A stretch of DNA of 64,000 bases, taken from NCBI RefSeq assembly GCF_028641065.1, contig NC_073395.1, positions 18,538,001 to 18,602,000 of the forward strand, in the 5' to 3' direction. Source of the DNA: Leucoraja erinacea (lineage: Eukaryota). This document shows, in pieces, positions 25,515 through 37,709 of the stretch (positions are counted from its first letter, which is position 1; every line of letters begins with the position of its first letter). The position numbers and the translations under genes were made by a program. The notes under the pieces were generated by a model. It searched no databases, was not told the DNA's origin, and saw only the letters and a program-made list of their open reading frames with translations.

Positions 25515-25883
25515 AATGGATTGGACAAGCTAGATGCAGGAAAAATGTTCCCGATGTTGGGGGAGTCCAGAACCAGGGGTCACAGTTTAAGATTTTGGGG
25601 TAGGCCGTTTAGGACTGAGACGAGGAAAAACCTTTTCACCCAGAGAGTTGTGAATCTGTGGAATTCTCTGCCGCTGAGGGCAGTGGAGGCCAATTCACTG
25701 GATGTTAACAAAGGAGAGCTAGAGTAAGCTCTTAGGGCTAATGGAATCAAGGGACATGGGGAGAAAGCAGGAATAGGGTATTGATTTTGGATGCTCAGCC
25801 ATGATCATATTGAATGGCGGTGCTGGCTCGAAGGGTCGAATGGCCTACTCCTGCACCCATTTTCTATGTTTTGATGTTTCTAT
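25515..25883 (+). mobile_element. CR1-clade (HER1-like) LINE 3' end
   Basis: LDKLDAGKMFPMLGESRTRGHSL...VVNLWNSLP; ttctatg tail. Confidence 0.85.
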
Positions 25884-26202
25884 GAGCCGGGCAGGAGTCT
25901 CACTCAGGGGAAGGTCTGGAAATAACAGGCACACTGTCGCTCCTACCCTTTGCTCTGGACATTTGATTTTCCCCATTTGTAGTCACAACAATCACTTTTA
26001 AGAAACAAACCACTTTATACAATTTAAGTTTAACGTGACCTGTCATTAATTGTACATCTACATTGCAACAAACTTGAAAAGCTCGGGAGAAATTAACACT
26101 AACTGCGGACAAAGTTCAGAAATTGTTAAGACTTTAGCATCTCTGAAAAACTCCAAGCAATACAATCACCGACACAACGATGGGACACGGTGCCCGACTT
26201 AC

Positions 26203-26265
26203 CGCGAATATCAAGTTGAGAGCAATCAGGCAATATTTGAAACATTTTGCGTGTATCTGCGGCAT
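26203..26265 (-). CDS. CD9: CD9-like tetraspanin exon 1
   Basis: MPQIHAKCFKYCLIALNLIFA|gtaagt; 63 bp; KC.KY...N..F TM1 signature. CD9-like; strict orthology not established. Confidence 0.85.
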
Positions 26266-26325
26266 TGTGACGGACTGGAGCACGGAATCACTCTGCTCTG
26301 CTCTGCTCAGAGAGCGAGACTCTGG

Positions 26326-26383
26326 TATTTAAGGGAAGGCAGAACACTTCCTGTGCCACTTGCCGCCTGACTCGTGGAATTCC
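26326..26383 (-). promoter_or_regulatory. Core promoter of the CD9-like gene
   Basis: TTAAATA TATA-like box (26326-32, minus) about 60 bp upstream of the ATG; ETS core ACTTCCTGT 26346-54; GGAATTCC 26376-83. Confidence 0.5.
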
Positions 26384-26575
26384 TCCGTGGAGACGGACAC
26401 AGACACACGGCCTGCGTTGCAGACAGAGTGCGCTGAGGAAGTCTGTGGTCAGGGTGAGCTGCACACTGCACAACCCTTCCTCCCATCGCCGCACCCGGCT
26501 GACTGCTTACTCTGCTACACATCTGGAAATTTGCATACTTTTGATCGCCGGGCATGTAGTTGTTCAATAATAAAC

Positions 26576-26866
26576 AGTGGCGCAGCGGTAGAGCTGCGAC
26601 CTCACAGCACCAGAGACCCGGGATTGATACTGACTATGGGTGCTGTCTCTACGGAGTTTGTACGTTCTCCCTGTGACCTCGTGGGTTTATCCCGGGTGCT
26701 CTGGTTTCCTCCCACACGCCAAAGCCGTACGGTTTGTAGGTTAATTGGCTTTGGTTGCAAATTGCCCCTAGTGTGTAGGGTCGTGCCAGTGTGCGGGGAT
26801 CGCTGGTCACCGCAGACTCGGTGGGCTGAAGGGCCAGTCTCTGCACTGTATCTCGAAACTAAATTA
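26576..26866 (+). mobile_element. V-SINE (HE1-like)
   Basis: A/B boxes, V-domain and tail. Confidence 0.82.
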
Positions 26867-27160
26867 AACAAGCAAAATTAATGCAATGTAAACGTGTGTA
26901 AAGTGACCTAGACCATCTCTCAGTTTAACTAGAGTCAAGAGTGTTCTATTGCCAATATCATGTAACGGAACAATGAAATTCTCACTTGCCTTTAGCACAA
27001 TGGATATGTAAACATAGTACATTGTGCTCTGTAAAACACCATAACAAACAACACAAACAGTTCAGTATACAGTGCTTGTGGGACACTGCAGTTTAAGTGA
27101 TGGGGAGTACCCATGGTGACCACAGCTAGCAGACCAGCTGGCACCAACTGCCCGCTGCTG

Positions 27161-27868
27161 GTAGACAAAAGTGCTGGAGAAACTCAGCGGGTGCAGCAGC
27201 ATCTATGGAGCGAAGGAAATAGGCAATGTTTAGGGCCAAAACCCTTCTTCAGACTGATGTAGGGTGGGGGGAAGAAAGGAAAAGGGATGAGCAGGAGCCC
27301 AAGGGCTGAAGGAGAGCTGAGAGGGGGAGGAGACAGCAAGGGCTACCGGATATTGGAGAATTCAATGTTTATGCCGCTAGGGTGCAGACTGCCCAAGTGG
27401 AATATGAGATGTTGCTCCTCCAATTTCCGGCGGTGCTCACTCTAGCCATGGAGGAGGCCCAGGACAGAGTGGTCGGATTCGGAATGGGAGGGGGAGTTGA
27501 AGTACTGAGCCACCGGGAGATCAGGTTGGTTAATGCGGACCGAGCTGAGCCTGCGCTTGGTCTCACCGATGTAGATCAGCTGACATCTAGAGCAGCGGAT
27601 GCAATAGATGAGGTTGGAGGAGATGCAGGTGAACCTCTGTCGCACCTGGAACGACTGCTTGGGTCCTTGAATGGAGTCGAGGGGGAAGGTGAAGCGACAA
27701 GTGTAGCATCTCTTGCGGTTGCAAGGGAAAGTGCCCGGGGAGGGGGTGGTGCGGGAGGGAAGGGCAGAATTGACCAGGGAGTTACTAAGGGAGTGGTCTT
27801 TGCGGAAAGCAGACAGGGGGGGGGGAGATGGGAAGGTGTGGCGAGTGGTGGGGTCACGTTGGAGGTGC
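27161..27868 (-). mobile_element. Penelope-like element 3' fragment (GIY-YIG endonuclease plus terminal repeat)
   Basis: TFPCNRKRCYTC...FTCISSNLIYCIRCSRCQLIYIGETKRRL. Confidence 0.87.
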
Positions 27869-28978
27869 CCTCTGCTGGTCCTTGTACACACACCTCCATC
27901 AGACTCACAGAGCATGGAAGCAGGCCCTTCGGCCCAACTCCTCCATGCTAACCAATCTAAACCATTTACCCACGTTTAGCCCACATCCCTCTAAACCTGT
28001 CCTCCTATCCATGTACCTGTCCAGGTTTCTTTAATAAATGTTGAAACAAGGAACTGCAGATGCTGGTTTACAAAAAAAGGACACAAAGTGCTGGAGTAAC
28101 TCAGTGGGTCAGGCGGCATCTTTGGAGAGCTTGGATCGGACTGAAGAAGGGTCCTGACCCAAAAAGTCACCTATCCATGTTCTCCAGGGATGCTGCCTGA
28201 CCCGCTGAGTTACTCCAGCACTTTGTATTTTTATTTGTAAACTTGTTGTCATCTTTTAAATTCCGTTATTGCACCTGCCTCAACTACCTCCTCTGGCAGC
28301 TCATTCCATATACCCACCACCCTCTGTGTGGAAAGGTTATCCCCTTGGGTTCCTATTAAATCTTCCTCCCTCTCATCTTAAACCTATGTCCTCTAGTTCT
28401 GTAAAGTCCCACCTCTGCCAACTGCATTCCAAAGAAAAATGTCCTGGCCTGCCCAGTCACTCTTTAGATCAGATTCAGATTCAATCTTTATTGTCAGTGT
28501 ACAGTACAGAGACAACGAAATGCAGTTAGCATCTCACCCAGAAGAGTGGACATAGAATAAAGAGCAATTATTATTCTATGTTCGAACAATTCAAGTCAAG
28601 AATGTTTTATTGTCCTCTGTCCCAGGTAGAACGATGAATTCTTACTTGCAGCAGCGCAACACAATATGTAAACATAGTACACTGTAAACAAAATAATAAA
28701 CAAAAACAAGTTTGGAATGCAAACATTCAACTTGTCCATGCTGCCTCATATGCCAGCACCAGGCCCATATCCTTCAAACCTCTCCTTGGTCCACGGAGAT
28801 TAGTGTTTGGGATTGGGGAGATGGGGAGTGGTGCAGGGAAGTGGGGGCGAGGATGGGGTGCGAGGGGCCGAGCGGTGTGCTCCTGTGAACGGCAGGGTCC
28901 CAGCAGCAGCAGCACCAGTTGCTGGAGATGGGGTGGAGGTGTGACCAGGCCGGGAGGTGTGTACTGAGCATCGGCAGG

Positions 28979-28995
28979 TATATATCCGGGCCAAT
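28979..28995 (+). promoter_or_regulatory. Plakophilin core promoter elements in a CpG-rich region
   Basis: TATATA 28979-84 and CCAAT 28991-95, upstream of a strong Kozak GCCGCCGCCATG. Confidence 0.45.
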
Positions 28996-29063
28996 CGGCC
29001 GCACCCTCCTCCCTCCGTCTCTACCCCGGGCCAAGCCGCCCTTTTCCGCTCCCCGCCGCCGCC

Positions 29064-29256
29064 ATGATCTCCTCCCCGACCGGCTTCCTCCGCACGGCGC
29101 TGCCCCAGTCGCCGCTGTCCGACCGCGACTCCAGCCTGGCCCTGCCGTCCAGCCAGCGGCAGCCCCGGGACCGCGACCGTGACCGCGACTTGGACCGGAG
29201 CCTCAGGCTGCGGCGGCAGGTTCACCTCAGCCTCGTCCGCAGGAGGAGCTCGTCCG
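29064..29256 (+). CDS. PKP2: Plakophilin-2-like exon 1 (HR2 head motif)
   Basis: MISSPTGFLRTAL...DSSLALPS...RLRRQVHLSLVRR; G|gtgagg; 193 bp. PKP2-like; orthology versus paralogy not established. Confidence 0.88.
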
Positions 29257-30734
29257 GTGAGGAGAGAGGGAGGCGAGGGGGAGGGAAGGGGCAGGTGAGC
29301 GGGTCTGAGAGGGGGGCAGATACTGGGAGAGGTAGAGGGGGCAGGTAACTGGGGGAGAGGGACAAGTATCCCAGGGAGAGGGGGCAGGTGAGGCTCAGTG
29401 GGGGTGAAGGGGTATTTGACTGAGTTATCCTGGTACTTGGAGGGTGACAGGTGACCGGGAAGGGGGTAGGTAGATGCTTAAGTGTGGGGGAGAGATTGGG
29501 ACAGGTATCCAGGTTGCTGCGGGGAGGAGTTGCTACCTGTCTAAGTGTCCAAATGGGTAGGCTGGGCCAACACAGGTGGGCAGGAGTCTGTAGACTTTAG
29601 AGATACAGCGCAGAAACAGGCCCTTTGGTCCGCTGAGTCTGTGACGACCAGTGATCACCGCTTGTACTAGCTACTAATAACACTACACACTAAGAACAGT
29701 TTACAGAAGCCAACAAACTAACAAACCTGTACATCTTTGGAGTGTGGGATAAAACTGGAGCACCCGGAGAAAAGCCACACAGTCACGGGGTGTACGTACA
29801 AACTCCATGAAGACAGCACCTGTAGTCAGAATCGAACCCGTGTCTCTGGCGCTGTGCCACTGTGCTGCCCATGGTTCCACTGTAGACTTTGGTTTTTGGA
29901 CTGTTATAGTTACCTGGTATTACTTTTAGTAATGTATTGTATTATTAATTATTATAGATTTATTGGTGTGTCATCATGTTTATAGGCCTATTAAGGTGAA
30001 TCAAGTGAGGATTTTATTATTCCTTTGCTGGTGTGAATAACAGTTAAACACTCTTGAATCCATCACTGTTTACCCAGTCCAGCTGACAACACTGTGCTTG
30101 GGGAAGGCTCTGTATTTTCTGTAAAGCATACATTTCTATGGGCAACGTCTGAGCAGTAAAACTCTCTCGCTTGGGGAGCGACATGAGGAACATCAGTGTA
30201 AAGTTTACTTTGTTGTCACGTGTACCGAGGTACAGTGTAAAGCTTTTTTTGTTGCGCGCTAACTCTCTTTCTCTCAAGAGTCACTGCAGCACCAAATTTA
30301 TTCTCTCCCCACCAAGAGGCCCCACATTCGCCAGGCGGAAGAGGGCTCTGCCCGAGCCAGCTGCCTGCCGCTTGCGTCCGCGCCCTGCCCCTTACGCCCG
30401 AGAGGGACTACGCGCTGTCCATGGGCACCCTGGGGGATTTCCGGGGCCGTTGGGCACCGCGGGGGTTGAATGCACCCTAGACAAGGATTGTAACATAGCT
30501 GCATATAGAAACATAGAAAATAGGTGCAGGAATAGGCCATTCGGCCCTTCGAGCATAGTAGTTTATTTTGTATATAATTGTTTGTCGTGTCTTATGGTGG
30601 TGGGTTGTGGTTTGCTTTTATTGTATTGTAAATATTATTTTTAATAATTGAGTTTATTTTTATTACAAAAACATTAGACGTGGACACTCTGCGCTGTTCT
30701 CCAGTTGACCGAGTGGCCGCTGCAGGGGTTTTGC

Positions 30735-31170
30735 AGCCCAGACCATCTCAAAAACCAACCTCCCTTCCATTCACTCCATCTGCACTTCACGCTGCCTCGG
30801 CAAGGCCACCAGCAGAATCAAAGACCAGTCTCACCCCGGTCACTCCCTCTTCCCTCCTCAAGCAAGAGGTACAGAAGTGTGAAAACTCACACCTCCAGAT
30901 TCAGGGACAGTTTCTACCCAGCTGTTATCAGGCAGCTGTGCCGTCCAATCACCAACCAGAGAGCGGTCCTGACCTCCCATCTACCTCATTGGAGACCCTC
31001 AGGCTATATTTAATCGGACTTTATCCTGCACTAAAGATTATTCCCTTTATCCTGCATCTGTACACTGTGTATAGCTAGATTGTAATCGTCTATAGTCTTT
31101 CTGCTGACTGGATAGCAGGCAACATAAAAATGTTTCACTGTACCTCTGTACATGTGACAATAAACTAAAT
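30735..31170 (+). mobile_element. Rex1/Babar-like LINE 3' fragment
   Basis: KRYRSVKTHTSRFRDSFYPAVIRQL plus the shared 3' UTR. Confidence 0.72.
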
Positions 31171-31224
31171 TAAATATGAACTGAACGCTGTGGCAGATTG
31201 TTCATTGCATCGTTTAACTTGCAG

Positions 31225-31334
31225 GTACCTTGCTGCAAGCACGTACTTACTCTGAGCCCGCTGGTTACCAGACTGCACCGCTGTTCGATTCGTTCACAGT
31301 CCCATTGCTGGACAGCGGCTATGGATACTCCAAG
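31225..31334 (+). CDS. PKP2: Plakophilin-2-like exon 2
   Basis: ttgcag|GTLLQARTYSEPAGYQTAPLFDSFTVPLLDSGYGYSK|gtacgt; 110 bp; phases 1 to 0 fit its neighbours. Confidence 0.75.
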
Positions 31335-31656
31335 GTACGTTTCTGCTTTAACGTAGCTCAGTACAGCACAGGAGTAGGCCTTTCGGCCCATCATGACCGT
31401 GCGGAGTGTGGTACCAGGTTAAACTAATCTTTGCGTCCATGCAATATCCCTCCATTCAGTGCATCTATTCAGAAGGTTCTGAAACACCATGGCACAGTGG
31501 TGCAGTGGTAGAGTTGCAGCCTCACTGAGCCAGAGACCCAATACTGACTACGGGTGCTGTCTGTACAAAGTTTGTACCTTCTCCCTATTACCGCGTGGGT
31601 TTTCTCGGGCGCTCCAGTTTCCTCCCACATCCCAAATACATGTGGGTTTGTAGGTT

Positions 31657-31843
31657 GTTCAAGAAGGAACTGCAGATGCTGGAAGATCAAAGGTACACAA
31701 AATTGCTGGAGAAACTCAGCGGGTGCAGCAGCATCTATGGAGTGAAGGAAATAGGCGACGTTTCGGGCCGAAACGTCGCCGATTTCCTTCGCTCCATAGA
31801 TGCTGCTGCACCCGCTGAGTTTCTCCAGCGATTTTGTGTACCT
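31657..31843. mobile_element. Palindromic Penelope-terminal-repeat element inserted in a V-SINE
   Basis: Arms of about 75 bp; 14-bp flanking duplication TGGGTTTGTAGGTT (31643-56 and 31844-57). Confidence 0.87.
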
Positions 31844-33189
31844 TGGGTTTGTAGGTTAATTGGCTTCTGTAAATTGTCCCTAGTGTGTAGGATAGAACTA
31901 GCCTGTGGGTGATTGTGGTTGGTGTGGCCTCAGAGGGCCAAAAGGCCTGTCTCTATGCTGTATGTCTAAAAACTAAACTTAAAAAAAACACGATCTTTCT
32001 CCATCACCACCCTCGGCAGCACATTCCAAGCACCCACCTCTCTCTGTATAAGAAAAGCTCCCCTGCACATCTCCTTCCACCACTCGGACCTTAAAGCTAT
32101 GCCCTCTATTGTTTGGCATTTTCACCCTGGCAAAATGGTTCTGTCTCGTCTACCTACGCCTCTAAAGTGCTGTCAGGTCTCCCCTCAGCCTCCGATGTCA
32201 GAGAAAATAAAACAATGTATGTCGTCTCTCCTCATAGGTAAATTCCTCTAGTCATCTAGTCTCCTCTGCATCCTCTCCAAAGCCTTCACATCCTTCCTGC
32301 AATGGGGCAACCAGAACTGAGCACAACATTCCACATGTGATGTAAACAATGTTTCGTAAACTTGCCGTTTGACTTCCTGACTCTTATACCCAATGCCCCG
32401 ACCGATGAAGGCAGGCATACTGTACGCAGCCTTTACCACTCTATCTGATTGACCTGGATGTCAAGATCCCTTTGTATGACTGGATTAAACGAAATCTACC
32501 ATTTCTACACCCATACCTGCAGCCAATCTATGTCCTTTGATGGCTTTTCTCATCGTCTGCAATTACACCAGTTTTGGTGTTATCTTCAAACTTACGAACC
32601 ATTCCACCAATCTTCGTGTCTAACTCTTTTATACATATCACAAACAATGCAGGTCCCCGCCAGAATAACATACCTCCAACAGAACCCAGTCTTCTCTGAG
32701 TAGAGAGAAGACATTAGCTCTGAATCCATTTGACCAAGTCACTGTAGACCCATCAATCTTTCTGATCAGATAACCATGAGGGACAATCAAATGTCTTGCT
32801 AAAGTCCATGTAGAATAACATCCACTTAGTCATACAGCACAAAAACAGGCCCTTCGGCCCATCTCACCCATGCCGACCATGACGCCCCAACTAACCTAGC
32901 CCTATTTGCCAGGCAACTGAACCGTCTTCTTACCAACTAGAGAGCAGTCCTGTCTTACCATCTACCTCATTAGAGACCCTTGCAACATCTTTAATCGGAC
33001 TTTACTGGACTTTATCTTCCACTATAAAGTGATCCTGTATTTGTACATTGTGGACGGCTTGATTGTAATCTTGTTTAGTCTTTCCACTGACTGGATAGCA
33101 CGCAACAAAAAGCTTTTCACTGTACATCAGTACACGCATGGCTGTCCGAGGGGGGGGGGCAATGAGTGCAAGGCGCAATATTTTTTTAT

Positions 33190-33495
33190 TCAACACCAGG
33201 ACAGAGGGTGCCTTGCCTTTGGGCTCCTTGGCCTTCTTGCAGCCGGACAGCCACTGGATGACCCTGGCGTTGTGCTCGATGACCGAGTGGGCAGAGGGCG
33301 GGGGATTGTTCTTCCCCCAGAGCGGCTCGTTGCCGCTACTGTGCCGGGACGACTCGCTCTCCGAGTCTGGGCAGTTCACGCTACAAAACTTGAGGGCAAG
33401 GCTTTCGAAGGCGGCGCCGGCGGCAAACTTCTCCATGACCAAGTTCACGATCACCTCGGGCTCGTGTCCGCAATGCTCGAAGTAACTGTCGAAGC
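33190..33495 (-). pseudogene. FAM110-family C-terminal domain fragment
   Basis: FDSYFEHCGHEPEVIVNLVMEKFA...SLALKFCSV...HSVIEHNARVIQWLSGCKKAKE resembles the FAM110_C motifs (FFxxCGLDP...L..E.F; S.IERNAR.IKWL); no N-terminal part or start codon. Confidence 0.72.
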
Positions 33496-34397
33496 CCGTA
33501 TGACTTTGGGGGGGGGGGAGGGGGTGACGTCACCCGCAGCGCATGGAAGTGTAGTACGTTCTATTGCATTTAGGTGAGATATCGATTTCCCCAATAAAAT
33601 ATAGATTTTCAGCCATCAAAATACGTAAATGTTCGGTGAAATAATTATTATTCACAATCACATTGTGTTTGAGAAATCAAAATGTGATTTGCGATCTTGT
33701 TTATGAGTCATCATGGAACTAGAATTTGTTATAATAGTATGCCAGTAAAATAGGTTAGATTGAAATTGATCATAGTAATGTAAATGCTCTTCAAATTGAC
33801 TTCAATTTTCATCATGGAAATTGGCCAAACTAAATGTTGTATTCACATCACTATTCCATGTTGAAATTGACACGTGAAGTTGTTAGGTTAGGAGGACCAT
33901 TAAAGGTGCACTGCACACACTAACACAGTCTAACAGTAACAGGCAATCAAATCAACACACAAAACATTTTCGAAAAAAAGGTTTTCTTTACTGCGAAAAC
34001 TTACAGTATTTTATTTGCAGTTTTTGCATGCTCCTGTATAACATTTTGCATAACATTTTACAACAGTACAACATGATTATTAAAACAAGGACAACTTCAA
34101 TTCATGATTTTTAAAAAACGTATACATGTAAACATTGACCCCAATCACCTCATTCCACCCACTCATTACTCTTGACTCAACCAAAAATTATTTATGAAAT
34201 ATTGCTCATTAATGTGGTGCAAAAATGCTCCAAAATAAGGCTCAGAATGCACCAGAGAGAATATAAAAGCCCAGACCTAAAACCCTAGACCCTGGCCGCG
34301 AGGGACATTGTGCTTCATCCTTGTGATGTTATTTCACATAAAATGTTTGTAATCCTGTCATGCCACCCCCCTTTTTGAAAAGCTTCATACGGGCCTG
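33491..34397. mobile_element. Non-autonomous DNA transposon-like element (hAT-like ends)
   Basis: Terminal inverted repeats gaaGCCCGTATGA (33491-503) and TCATACGGGCctg (34385-97), each with a subterminal G/C run; AT-rich non-coding interior. Confidence 0.6.
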
Positions 34398-35089
34398 ACA
34401 GATGACAATAAACTAAACCAAACCATTGCAGAAGTCGAGCATGGGATCAAATTCTCTCTCTAGTCATCTAAAAGCAGTGATATATTTACGATTCACGTGG
34501 TTTAAATCAAGTCAAGTCAAGAATATTGTGAGAGGGAAAGGATTTAAAGGCAGCCTGAGGGGCATCTTGTCAAGGCTAGTCGAGTTTATTGTTATCTCCA
34601 TAAATACAGGAAGGTGCAGGTGCAATGAAAAGTCATGCTGCAGCAGCAGCAGTGCCTCAGACAACACACAGGAACATCAATTATACAGTAAAAATAAAAA
34701 ATAGTCTATTCTTAAAAAAAACAAGATGATCATGTAAAATAAAAAAAAATAAAAAATCAAGTCCATGGTCGTGCAAGAAGTAGTCCATAGTCCATAATCG
34801 AGGTAGAATTAGGGCTGTGACGATCAGTTCAATAACCTGATAGTTGTATAAACATAAGTTGTAAATTCAATGTAGGCATTGGTGCAGCATTCCCCTGGGA
34901 ATCTGCTGAATAGAATCGCAGCTTCTGTACCTGGTGTTGGATTATTGTTGTCATGTGTACCAGTTGTTTGTGTGCTATCCAGCCTAAGCATCCTGTACAC
35001 GAGTACAGTCAAGCCACACACGTGCAACAGGTAGTGTGCAAAGAGACAAACGCCAGGGTGCAGAATATAGTGTTGCAGTGTTCAGATCA

Positions 35090-35395
35090 GTTTAGAGATA
35101 CAGTGCGGAAACAGGCCCTTCGGCCCACCGGGTCCGCGCTGACCAGCGATCCCCGCATATTAACATTATCCCACACCCGCTAGGGACAGTTTTTTTTACA
35201 TTTACCAAGCCAATTCATCTACAAACCTGTACGTCTTTGGAGTGTGAGAGGAAACCGAAGAACTCGGCGTAAACCCACGGGGAGAACGTACAAACTCTGT
35301 ACAGACAGCACCCGTAATCGGGATCGAACCCGGGTCTCCGGCGCTGCATTCTCTGTAAGGCAGCAACTCTACCGCGGCGCCACCGTGACTGCCCT
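35090..35395 (-). mobile_element. V-SINE (HE1-like)
   Basis: Reverse complement of the same family. Confidence 0.82.
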
Positions 35396-36864
35396 ACCAG
35401 TTACAAAGTGCAGACTAACACAAAAGTGCAAGGTCCACAATAAATTAGGTTGGAAGATCGGGACAATAGCCGATCTTATGAAAGACCATTCAGTAATATG
35501 TTAACATGCAGTATCCAAGGAGTGGGGCTGTTCCAAGATTATAGTCATCCACTGGGACCAGGCTCAATCTGATCATCAGGTGAAAAGCATTGCTCATCTC
35601 AGTGGTACAGAGGCAGCCTCGATCATCAAAGACCCACAGCGCCCTGACCATGCTCTCAAATCGCTGCTACAATCGGGAAGAAGGTACAGGAGTCTGAAAA
35701 CCGTGACCCCCAGTAATCATCCCAGCAACTATCAGGCTCTCGAACACTGCACAACACTAACCTCAGCAACTGTGATCTACTTTGGCAGGAATGGAGGGAT
35801 GTGGATCATGTGTAGGCAGATTAGATTAATTTATCATGATACCATGTTTGCACAGACGTTGTGGGCTTAAGGGCCCATCCGTACCTGTGCTGTACTGTTC
35901 TATGTTCTACATGTGCTCCACGGACTTTGGTTATGCACTAACGGTCTTGTAATTACTGATTATTAATTGATTGTATTACTGATTATTGTATATTTATTTG
36001 TTTGTGTTATTGAGGTAATGGGCCTGTAAAGCTGCAGCAAGTCCAAATTTAATTGTTCCATTGCCGGTACATCTGACAAATAAATACTCTTGACAGAGGG
36101 TTGTAGATGTTTGATGCTTCTGCACGCATGGACCCCCCAGAGTAATCTGGTGTAGTATCGGTGAAGTGCAGCTGAGTCTGTCTGAGCTCTGGTGTGTTTT
36201 GCAGGGCTTGAGCTCCTCTTGTCTGAGCTCTCCTCCACTCTATTCCACTCCCCTCCCCTCTCCTCCGAGCTCCCCTCCCCTCTACATTGTACTCCACTCC
36301 CCTCACTCCACATCAGGTTGCTGCACACGCAGGCAGGTGGCAGGCGTGCTAACGTCTGGGAATGATCCAAGTTGGCTCAACAACCAACTTGCCCCGAAGG
36401 CAATTATCACAGCAGGACTGCGGGAGAGGGAGTTAGGTGCCAGCTAAGGGAGGGGGTTGCCAAGCCTCTGGCTGTTGTCAGGTCAGTGTGCTCGTTGCAG
36501 TTGATGGACAACGCTGGGGGCAATGAGAGTGCAGTGTCAGCTAGTCTGTGGAGCTGTTTGTTCAAGGTCCCTGGGTTTGAACAAGCATGTTCCCACGCAA
36601 TACTGAAACACACCCTTGTGTATGGTGTTCATTACTCGAGCACGTTACAACCTCTTTACACAAAGGGTATTGGTGTATGAAACGAGCTGCCAAAGGCAGG
36701 TACAATCACAATGTTTAAATAATCATTTGGACAGGTACATAGATAGGATTGGTTTAAGAGGGACATGGGCCAAAAGCAGGCAGGTGGGACTAGTATAGAT
36801 GGGGTATGTTGGTCAGCATGGTGAAATTGGGCCAAAGGGCCTGTTTTCATACAGTATGACACTG

Positions 36865-37330
36865 TGTCCAGCTTTGGTCGCCCCTGCTCTGGGAAGGATG
36901 TTTTTAAACTGGAAAGGGTGCAGAGAAGATTTACAAGGATGTTGCCAGGACTCGAGAGCCTGCGCTATGGATAGAGGCTGGGCAGGCTAGGACTTTATTC
37001 CTTGGAGTGCAGGAGGCTGAGGACGATCTTATAGAGGTGTGCAAAATCATGAGGGGAATTGTTGGGGTGAACGACAGTCTTTTTCCCAGGGTGAGGGAAT
37101 GAAGAACCAGAGAACGCAGATTTAAAGTGAGGGGGAACAAATTTCATAAGAACCTGAGGGGTGAACTTTTTACACAAAGTGTGGTGGATATTTGGAACAA
37201 GCTGCCAGAGGAGGAAATTGAGGTAGGTACATTAAACGTTTGGATAGGTACATGGCTAGGAAGGGTCTAGGGGAATATGGACCAAACAGGGCAAATGGGA
37301 CTAAGTTAATGGTCAGCATGGATGAGTTAG
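36865..37330 (+). mobile_element. CR1-clade LINE 3' fragment
   Basis: Degenerate RT C-terminal coding sequence and 3' UTR shared with other copies. Confidence 0.75.
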
Positions 37331-37709
37331 GTTGAGGGCCCTCTCTGTATCATTGCCATCGATTCACACAGCATGGAAACAGGCCCTTCAGCCCAACTTG
37401 GTCCCACCAGCCAACATGTCCCATCTGCACTTGCCCCACCTATCTGAGTTTGGCCCATATCCCTCCAAGCCTATCCACTCCATGTACCTGTCTAAATGTT
37501 TCTTAAACATTGTGATGTTACCTACAACCCGTAGGTCTGCGCCACAAGTGAGCGCCATGTGTCGGGTGAGGTGTGAATGGTGAGAGGTTGTGCAGACACA
37601 GGGCCCCGAGTCGCTCACTGGGCTGGGGTGGGAGGTACAGGCTGAGGGGGATGACTCTCCCTTGACTTCACGCTTGTGACCTTGGTCGTGCCTATCCTTC
37701 CTCCCCCAG

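Noticed and set aside
33029-33577. 182-aa plus-strand ORF
   Set aside because: Antisense to the FAM110 fragment plus repeat sequence; no recognisable motifs
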